Shown piece by piece: positions 21,501-30,550 of a stretch of DNA of 64,000 nucleotides. The position numbers were made by a program, and so were the translations under genes. Within the stretch, counting starts at the first letter, position 1. Each line of letters starts with the position of its first letter. The notes under the pieces are model-generated. The model searched no databases. It was not told where the DNA came from and was given only the letters and a program-made list of their open reading frames with translations. The stretch spans positions 672,001-736,000 of the forward strand of contig CH464491.1 in assembly GCA_000002445.1 (NCBI GenBank). Reading direction: 5' to 3'. The stretch is from Trypanosoma brucei (taxonomy: Eukaryota).

Positions 21501-24500
21501 CTTGTGCTAAAGTCTCCTTCCACTCAGAGATGAGCTTCACCTTCGCCGGTGTTGCACTGTCTGCTGGGGCGATGAGAGTAAAATTGGCCTCCAAAGCCCA
21601 CGCTCGGAGGTCTTGCAGTGCCTCACGTATTTGCACTTCACCCTGAACCCTTGCATGAAGTTGTTTCAGCTCGGTTTCTGCTGCTACAAGCTGTTTGTGA
21701 TGGTCGAGGATATGACCGAACGTAAGATCCGTGCTCGTCATCCCCTTCTCTATTTCAAGCAGACGAAACATTTCGTTCCAGTGTTCCGTCATCATACCCT
21801 CACCGCGAACAAAACGGAACATGGGGACACAAATTGCCCACCCCTCAAGCATGTTATGAAGGTATTGTGCGATGACATCCGTATCACTACCCATATGGGA
21901 TGCGTTAGCAGTTGCAGTCAGCTTTGCTTTCCATTCCTTCATGAAGTCCTCAAATACGTATGTGTGCGACCGGAAGGTCAGCCAATCCTCCTTGCGCAAT
22001 GTATCAAGGCTCTCTCTGAAGTTATCATAGAGAGTCCACATAGTGGCTGTCTGCGAGACGTCATTAAGCGTGGTTTCCAGTTCATGGAAGTTTGGTGGTG
22101 GAAGTTTAAAGTGCAAGCATTTAGCTTCAAGCTCTTTTGATTGAGTTTTCAGCTCATCCAACTCGTTGTAGCTGTCCTTCATCTGCGTCAAGGTAGTATC
22201 GATCAACGCAGGTTTGCTCTCTTTAAACGCCTCGAGAAGCTGCGCTTTCATTTTATCCCACTTGGAAGAGAAGCGTTGCCCATCTTTCATATGCTTTTGG
22301 ATCATGCTGTCCAGCGAGACCCGCATTTTTGACATAGAAGCGTCAATAACTTTGTGGTGTGACGCGATTGCCTCGCGCAAGTGTTCCCAACGGGACTTTG
22401 TGGAACCGATGTCAATAACCGTTCCAGTGTGCTGCCGGAGCACCCGATTCAATTCCTCCGCCTCACTAAACTTTTCTTCATATGATGGCATTGCTGCCAC
22501 GAACTCTCGATAGGCCTTATTTGCCTGTCCAACCTCTTCCATAGTAACAGGTTGCCGTGTGATGACGTTAGAGGCGTTGTACACAAAGGTGTCAATTGCT
22601 GACAGCGTCTGCTGCATCGTCTTACGCATGGCGTTGAGCAATGCCTCCTCGAGGCGATGTAGCTGCTCCTCAACACTCGCCTTTATGGGAATAGTGCTAA
22701 TAGTGAATCCGTCAATTTTCATATTATCATCGATGTCACGAAGTTTATTTAACTGCTCCTTCACAACATTAAAACCATCCGAGTAGTTCTTGAGATTCGC
22801 GCAAGTTGCTTCGACAAGTGCGTCAATGTCAGGGCCACCATTTATGCCGCAAGTTCCTACCAGCACATGTGTGCGGAACGCTTTACGCACACGGTTAAGC
22901 TTTCCGAAGAGCTCCACCGCCTTGAGGTGGACGGTAACGATACGGTCCTTGTTTGAAAGTGGTATCAATTTGTACAACTCGTAAGGACCCCCCGATTCCT
23001 TCTTCTGTTGGAGGCCGCGGAAGCGGAGCGGAATACCCACCAACTCGCGCACCTGCTGGTAGTACGCCTCACGCACCGCTTCAAAACTGGGCTTGAACTG
23101 TACCTGGCCCTGTTTGAACACCAATTCCACCTTAAATTCCTGCATCTTCTCATGCATTGTTTCCAAACCTCGCTGGTATTGGTGCTCTAGCGCTTTGTAG
23201 ATTTGAGCATCGAGATGACGCCGCCAATTGTCATAATTGTCGATGTTGTGGGCATTCAGGAACTCCTCGAATAAGCGCCGCAGACCATCTACAGCCGTAC
23301 GCCACTGATCCGTTTGGCCGGCAAGTTCGAGGTTGTGCAACTCTGCCACCTGATTCATGAAGTCAACATGAAAACGGCGGATGCGGCGGTTTTCCACGCA
23401 CAGTGCGTCCACTGCGTTTTGGAACCGCATGTTGAGGCCGTCAATTTCGTTGTAGTTAGCAATAGTTACTAACCGCTTGTCGGAGCCCTTGTAGAGCAAC
23501 TGTGACAAGGCATGATTCGAGGCTGACTCAAGCATCGACCGCGTACAGTGAATGATTTGCCGTTGCACGGTGTTGTAGTTGCTCACGACCTGCATACTGC
23601 GAGTGGTGGCTTTAATAAGTTTTTCACAGGCCTTAATTACACCCTCCCCCTCCTCACTAATGCGCAAAAGCTCCTCGTGGCGACGACCGCACCAACTACG
23701 CATGCTGTATATCTCCTGTAAGCACTGTTTGATAGATGGATGCACAGTACATGTGATACACTGCTTGTTGGATCCGTTAAATACAACAGCATCTGGTAAA
23801 CTTGTTAACTTCTTGCAATGGTTTTCCATGTTCTGCCTCCAAGCTGCTAATGCCTCGCTCTCCTCTTTTTGCATTTCACCCATAATACCCTCAGCGACCT
23901 TCACAACCTGGTCAAGGCTTGTGGATTTTCCAAAGAGGATGCCAGCAATCTCTGGTATCTGCGCGCACTCCGTCTGGGCGGACTTGGCCATTTTTACAGT
24001 ATGCAGGTCTGTCGTAGACCGCCGCTTGTTATTCTCATAGCGCACTTGGATCTTTTGCAGCTGCTTGATGAGGTGTTCAGCAACACTGGCCATATCACCC
24101 TCGACGCCGTTTTTAATCCCCTCCCGGTTAAGCAGAGTTCTGTGCTGCTTGAGCGTACGGATCAAATCTTCCTGACCCCGCTGATTACTGCCGAAGAGCT
24201 GCTTCACGCGACCACGAAGATGGTCCTCCAGGAAAGAGAACTCTTTTTCAAATTTGCCGATGCACGTTTTCCAGCGGTCATCGGATGTCACCCTCCGGTC
24301 CGTAACGCTTTCTCCGTCAAACACAACTTCGGGTGCAATGCTCTCTGGCGCCTTTCCTGGTGAAAGATTCTCTGCACTGGCCAGCAGTTGCCGAATTCTC
24401 AACACGTCCCGCAAGCGTTGTTCAAAAGCACTCTGCACTCCACCCTTTTCAGATCCCACATCCACATCTTTCCACTCTCCTCTCAGCAGGACTTCCTTCA

Positions 24501-25509
24501 TTGATCCCCACTCCGCAATCAACTCCACGGATTTCTCCAGTTGATCAATATTCATACGCCATATGCCACGCCAGTCTCTTCCATCGAGTAGTAGTTGGCC
24601 TTTAACGTACTCCTGCAGATCCCCCGAAACTATGGAGAGCAGCACCGCCGCGTCCATTTTATTGCGCTCACTGTGAGGGTTGCGCTTCCAGTAAGAGCGG
24701 AGCGTCTCATACACAAGTCCCAGAACCTCCCGTGCCTCTGCCAAAGCGAAAGACTTTTGACGCCACTGAATTGGTAATTCATGTTCAACTGGGGTGGCCG
24801 AATAGGAAGCAACAGCACTGGCCAATACACGCATATTAACCCATACTTTTAGTTGCGGCTCCCCGGAAGACTTCTTGGTAGCAGCTGCCCCTCCACTAAC
24901 GCCGTTCGTATCGGCATCTTCATTTTCCTCCTCATCACCCGCGGGGCGCGAGGATTTGGCCCTTTCCATGGGAAGCGGGGTGGAGAGATTAGAGTACACT
25001 TGCACACAGGATGCTTTCCTCATTACCAGATCCAGCCGCTTACCCGTCGGGCACATAACCTTTGGGAACTTTTCCACCATCACCGCCCCACTAGGCAGGT
25101 CCGACACAACATCGTTGTAGAGCGTTTCCAACACAAGGTGAATGTTCGGTTGGTCGGATACCTCATCTATATTGTCGGGAAAGTCATCAACAGCCCCTAC
25201 CTCCTTCAAAAATTTATCGAAGGGCAGCACCTGCTTCTTCACCAGTGTAAAGTTTGTTTCCTCACTTTCTGAGGGAAGTCGGAGGCTCGTACGACCACCT
25301 GTCATATCCCGCACGATTGTCAGGCATAACCGCTGAAGATCATCTGTCAATCGTGCTTCCTCTTCACCACCAATGGGGATCGGCTGCGCAGTAAACAAAA
25401 TGCAACCATCACCACGCGTTAAGTTCCCTCCACCGAATATAACGCGCAGGTGACGCTGTACAACGTTCAGTAGTTGCGACTCAACAACGATGGGTCCTGA
25501 GCGCTCCAT
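12586..25509 (-). CDS. DHC2: Cytoplasmic dynein-2 (IFT retrograde motor) heavy chain, 4307 aa. Probably the DHC2.2-type paralogue.
   Basis: Single 12.9-kb ORF with four P-loops: [15 protein letters not shown] (AAA1), GPSGSGKST (AAA2), GPEGSGKS (AAA3) and GRPGVGRRN (AAA4). The AAA1 block [39 protein letters not shown] matches DYNC2H1-type dynein-2 far better than axonemal (GKTETTKDL) or dynein-1 heavy chains. Its size matches DYNC2H1 (about 4300 aa). Confidence 0.9.
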   Translation of the reverse strand: [4307 protein letters not shown]

Positions 25510-25959
25510 TGGTTTAATAATAGTATCAATAACAGCAAACTTCCTCCTCCTCTTTTCTTCTAGTTATATGTTCTGACCTTCACCACGACGCTTGTCTCTT
25601 TCCTTCCCTCTCTTTTCCGCTGCACTCGAGACACCCCAACACCACCAGCTCACACCTTCTCTCAACTCAGGCAAACCCTCCACAACACCTCTTTATTTCT
25701 TAATTACTTTCCCGCCACAGCTCGCAGGATACTAAATTCTGTTGCAGTGTTTGCCCGGTGATTTCAAAATGTATTTCTTTCCTTCCTCTTCCTTCCCCTT
25801 TGCTTTCTTTCTCTGGGTTGTCAATTTGTTTTGTAGTTTTGATTTTTTTTTTTTAAATTTCTCCTCTTGTTTATTGTTCTTTTTTTCCTTTTCGTTCTCG
25901 AAGGAAGCCTATAGCAACAGCAGCAACAACAAAACAGTGATATGTCGATGCTGGTGAGG

Positions 25960-26110
25960 CTCGACAGTACCGAATAAAAGAAGAGAGAAAAAAAGAAATA
26001 TTTCCTCTCCCCCGTTACCTCCGAATATTAGAGTCAAATGTGTTTGTTTTAGTGTGAAGTAAAGCAGGAAAAAAAAATAAAAAAATTAAGGATAAAGAGA
26101 AAGAGGAAGA
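25960..26110 (-). promoter_or_regulatory. Candidate polypyrimidine tract(s), in minus-strand sense, upstream of the dynein-2 heavy-chain gene. Possible spliced-leader trans-splice/polyadenylation signal.
   Basis: Purine-rich on the plus strand (gaaaaaaaaataaaaaaattaaggataaagagaaagaggaagagggacgaaaag), hence pyrimidine-rich in the transcribed sense, 0.5 kb 5' of the start codon. Confidence 0.3.
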
Positions 26111-27639
26111 GGGACGAAAAGCATGAATTCAGATTAGTAACAGAAGCATTTGACAGCGGAAAAAGGAATGGAAAACAAACAGCCGAATTAGAACAAACAC
26201 ATAGCACCGCTACGGATTGCAAACAGTGATGTGTGTGAGTGGAGAAGTAAAGATCTACGCAGTTGAAACAACACACCAAAAAAAAAAAGTGAGGCATGTT
26301 CAGTTGCTAACCACAAAGGCAGGAGAAACAAAAGATTCAAAGAGAAATGGATGAGAAAACGGGAGGAGGGAAGGGGAAGTGTGGGCGGGGTAAAAAGTCG
26401 TAAAAAGACGTTGCACGTATTTGTGTCGAGGAAATTAAACTGAGAGAGCAATTGAATTGCGCATGTAAAAAAAAAAAACCACCGATACACTTCATTCATT
26501 TTAACCCCGTGCGTTTAAACCTGCACACGATACTTGCATCGTACTTAAAAAGTAAATATAACAGATGCCACACTACCTTTTTCTCCTGTTCGCTCCCATT
26601 TTTTTTTTCTGTTCTTTTCTCTTTTCTCCTCACAGGTCCCCAATTCCCCCTACCCTTCAACATTGTGTATTTCAATGTAAATGCCTCACACCTTTATAAT
26701 CACTTCGATCTCGTGTCATCGCGCTTACATGCACGCAACATTTTGGGTGTTGGAGGCAAAAAGTACATACGAGGGAAAACAGACACAACAGAAGTAGTGA
26801 AAAGTTTTGCACGGCGCTACCAGTTTGCAGCTGAGAAAATATAAAAAGATAAAGAAGAGATCAAGAATTCAGAAATATCTCTCTTCCCGTCAACTGCAAT
26901 CAAACACCTGTATATAACGGGACGGATGGCTGCAAGGGGGAATGAATGGTAGAACCAAGCATACAAATGAATGTATGAATATATACTACGTATAAATATA
27001 CATATAAGTAAACAATATATATATATATATATTTATTTATTATGGTATAGGAACGGACAAATGTAAAAAAAAAAATGCGATCTGTTCACACTGTCCCCTT
27101 CTTCTGTCACAGCACAGTGGCCTGCGTTTCGAATACAGAAGTATATATGCACTTGCACACCTTCCATCATTTACTCTAACCTCAAAAAACGCCGTTCCCC
27201 ACCACCCATCCATCCATCCATCCAATTTTCACTGACTAATAACTATTTATATTGCAAATATAAATGAATATAAACGTATGTTTGCCACCACGCACACCCA
27301 AATCACCCCTCCTCACCAAAGGCAAGAGCGGAAACAGAACCTATGAAACACACAAACTTGGGAAGGAAGAAACGAACAGAGAGCAGAAAAACTGCATCGT
27401 TAATTCGCCGTCGGTTTGCCGGTGTGCTTCCTTACTCGTCCTTACACAATAAACACAAACATAATTTTTACTCATAGTTCTTAGGCTCAGAGCTCCGCAC
27501 CATTTCGTGTAAATGAAACCCACACACGCACCTCACTGTACCCTCTTTCTTCCTCGCCGGAGTAACAGACAATCACAAAACAAAAAAACAAAAACAGCAC
27601 AAATAATCCATCCACCCGTGGTGGACGCACTGATATGCC

Positions 27640-29289
27640 CTACGACTGGCCGTTCGCATTCTTACGGAGAAGGCTGGCCAGTACTCGCTCCTGCCCCACA
27701 CGCCGCAACCAGTCAACAAAAAGTGTGTGCACTTTTCCTCGTAACTCATCTGCTAAATCTTTCCTTCCATCCGCCTCGAGTCGTTCATATGCCTCCCGCA
27801 ACTGCCGCGAAGTTTCCTGAAAACGTCGCACGCGCCGCTCCATCGCGGTGGCATACGGCGGAGGCGGCGGACACGGATTCGTGCGGGTGGTCACCACAGC
27901 GCTGGTGTGCGGGGCGACGGGAAAACACACGGGGGTGAATTCATCTGGTGGTAGGATACAATGCGGGGAAGGGATACCAACATTCCATAAATTCATCATG
28001 GGGTTTACCCCGGAGTTTGCCAGATGCTCCTCTAAGGTGGAGTAGTGCGAGTTGTACGGGGCGAAGCGGACATTCTCTGAGTTCTCGCTTCCCTCGAGCT
28101 GGCAGAGTACGGGTGGACTGTTCGTACAGATGAATATGTTCACATTGCGGCATCGGTTCACCACCACAGCAGTGCACAAGGCTGAGATATTGGTGTTCTC
28201 GCAACGATCTATGTACAAAACTCCCCCGACTGGACCTAAAGCAACGGTGCAATTGACAAGTTGAGTGAGCCGTGTGTGAGGAAGGTCGGAAGTAACATAA
28301 AAGCTAGTTTGCGAGCACTTCTCGACGGTGTAGCTGGAGGATATAGCTAACTTCGGGCTATAAGTTACCACTGGGCACGTAGGGATGCAAATAGTTCCTT
28401 GCAAACCCTTAACTACAATGTTGTTGCTAAAAGGTGACGAGCGTGAAGTGGCGGCTAACTCACTAGGCACCGTTATCCTAGGACGTATGAACTGAGAGAG
28501 TATTGTAATGTCGATCGTTTTCTCAGACCGCGGCCACAGAAAGCCGATGCTGGTGCCAAAAGGTTGCTCCACGCCATTAACGAACTCCCGAAGCAAAATT
28601 CGAAGCTCTTTCGAATCACTCAACGTTAATCTTCCTGGTCGCGTGATGGCTACTACACTTATGTAGTCATGAAGGTGTTGACGCACACTTGCCATAACGC
28701 GCTCCCGCTCCGACTCACCCGGTAGTACTCGCTGAGTTTGCTCCACGACAAGTTGGGCGAGCAGAAATATGATGAGTGCCGGTAAACCTATTTGCCTAGT
28801 GGCGGAAACTACAGGCCAGCGGGCGACGTCTACCGTTCCGCCCATCTTTTTAAGTAATGACCGGCTTTCCTCCTGCCTGCATTCCACCGGCGACCTCACC
28901 TCAGGGCTGCCGTTGCCGCTCCCTGTACTGCTTCCTAGTGATGCTGCAGTGTATTGAGTGTATCCACCTGTTAATGCGTATACCACATCGAAAATTGAAC
29001 TGGCAACGGACTCGCGCATGCCAAGAACATTAATGGCAATATCTACCCAAACGGAGAGTGAGATGGCAGTACGATTTGGACACTCCTGACGAATTTTCAT
29101 CACTGATGAAGTTGTGAGACCACTGGGCACTTCAAGAAGGAGGCCACAGCTCTGAAAAAGAACCGAGTTGACACAAAACACCACCTGATTGGTGCCCAGA
29201 AGTGCAGATGTGGGAGAACTGTCCCCGTAATAGGGGTTTCCAGGGGCGTATTTGTTAGTCATTTGGACACTAAAGCGAGACAACACCAC
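27640..29289 (-). CDS. Hypothetical 549-aa protein. It is Cys-rich and has a hydrophobic segment (IGLPALIIFLLAQLVV), a PPPPPY motif and a C-terminal coiled-coil tail.
   Basis: Long clean ORF on the polycistron strand. No family recognised. Confidence 0.6.
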   Translation of the reverse strand: MVLSRFSVQMTNKYAPGNPYYGDSSPTSALLGTNQVVFCVNSVLFQSCGLLLEVPSGLTTSSVMKIRQECPNRTAISLSVWVDIAINVLGMRESVASSIFDVVYALTGGYTQYTAASLGSSTGSGNGSPEVRSPVECRQEESRSLLKKMGGTVDVARWPVVSATRQIGLPALIIFLLAQLVVEQTQRVLPGESERERVMASVRQHLHDYISVVAITRPGRLTLSDSKELRILLREFVNGVEQPFGTSIGFLWPRSEKTIDITILSQFIRPRITVPSELAATSRSSPFSNNIVVKGLQGTICIPTCPVVTYSPKLAISSSYTVEKCSQTSFYVTSDLPHTRLTQLVNCTVALGPVGGVLYIDRCENTNISALCTAVVVNRCRNVNIFICTNSPPVLCQLEGSENSENVRFAPYNSHYSTLEEHLANSGVNPMMNLWNVGIPSPHCILPPDEFTPVCFPVAPHTSAVVTTRTNPCPPPPPYATAMERRVRRFQETSRQLREAYERLEADGRKDLADELRGKVHTLFVDWLRRVGQERVLASLLRKNANGQS

Positions 29290-30550
29290 ACTTCCTTCTT
29301 TTTATTTCTTTCTTAATGATAGAAAGGTACGCTCTCCAAAAAATGAAAAAAAAAAAACTAACCTAGTGCTCTCCGCTTTGTTTCCTGCTCTTCTACGTGC
29401 TTTCCAGATAATCTATTTCCTTTTTTGCTTTTCTTCTTTTGGAAAAATAACTTCTCAAAAACTACAATAGCAGCTTTTGTATATGTGAGATGATAAATAA
29501 TTTTCTTACAACCCTTCCCTTTTTGGTGGTGGAGGCAATGCAAATACGCAGCTCCTCTCCCTCTATATAAATGTCTGCTTTTCAGTAGAAACAAGAAAAA
29601 GAAAAAAAGAAAGAAGAGTTTTCGACGATAAGTAGAGCAACACAAAGAAACCTGTTGAGGGACAGTTTCTTCTCTTTTTTTTTTTAAAGTATGTACGAGT
29701 TTGTGTGAGAGGGAGATGAAATGGAGAAACGGAAACAGAAGAAATACCATCAACAATGTTAGTGATACAGAGGACAGAAATTGGGAAGAGGAAAGTATAA
29801 AAAGGGGGAAAAAATAAAAATAAAAACAGTGTTTAGTGTATCCATTCATCCGATCAGCTACGCGCATTCAACACGCACGTGCAGTGCACGAGCGTAAAAG
29901 TATTTGTTAACGTATTTATTTTGTTGCTGATCCCATCGAGCATATCAATTCATCCCGTCCCTTCCAAACAGCGGAAAAGAGAAGAGGAGAAACGGGATGA
30001 AAAAGTAGCGGGGTGTAATGAAATAAGGAGAACAGATGGGGTACCGCACAGCAGCGGACTTCCATGTTTTAAAAATAAACAAATAAGTGATTAAGGGAGT
30101 ACGTGATAAAAACCTTGTGAATACACATCAATAACAATCGACAAAAACAAGTATAACACGGAAAACAGTTAAAAAAGATAAAACAAATAAAAACTCAGCC
30201 ACTGTTAACGATGATAGCAAAAAAAAAAAGAATAAATTAGCACGGGAACCACTTAAAAGATAGTTCGTCGCTGTGACGAAAGAGCCAAATAAAATAAGGA
30301 AGAGAATAGAGTGGTTACTTTCACCTTTACCTTCCTTGCCATTCCCCACCTTTTCAAAGTATCGCCCACATATCACCGGGGTCGGTACAACTGCGGCTAA
30401 TTCATACAATAACTGGAGAAATGACTAACTCTAACCACTTCTCCCCCCCCCCCCCGAGAAAAGGTTAGTGGATCATATTATTTCATTATTACACCACAAA
30501 TAATTCCCGTTTGTGACGCATTTTACGAACCTCTCCTGCACCCTCCCGTC

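Noticed and set aside
12845-25336. Dozens of 60-200 aa plus-strand ORFs across the dynein gene, and similar ones across the kinesin, RRP12-like and UAP genes.
   Set aside because: Antisense shadow ORFs inside long, well-supported minus-strand genes. All strongly supported genes in the window share the minus orientation, as expected for a kinetoplastid polycistron.
25510-27639. ORFs in the 2.1-kb spacer upstream of the dynein gene (e.g. 26452..26844 plus, 130 aa; 26188..26499 minus).
   Set aside because: Translations are F/L/S homopolymer-like low complexity, derived from polypyrimidine and polypurine tracts. This is typical UTR or intergenic sequence carrying trans-splicing signals.
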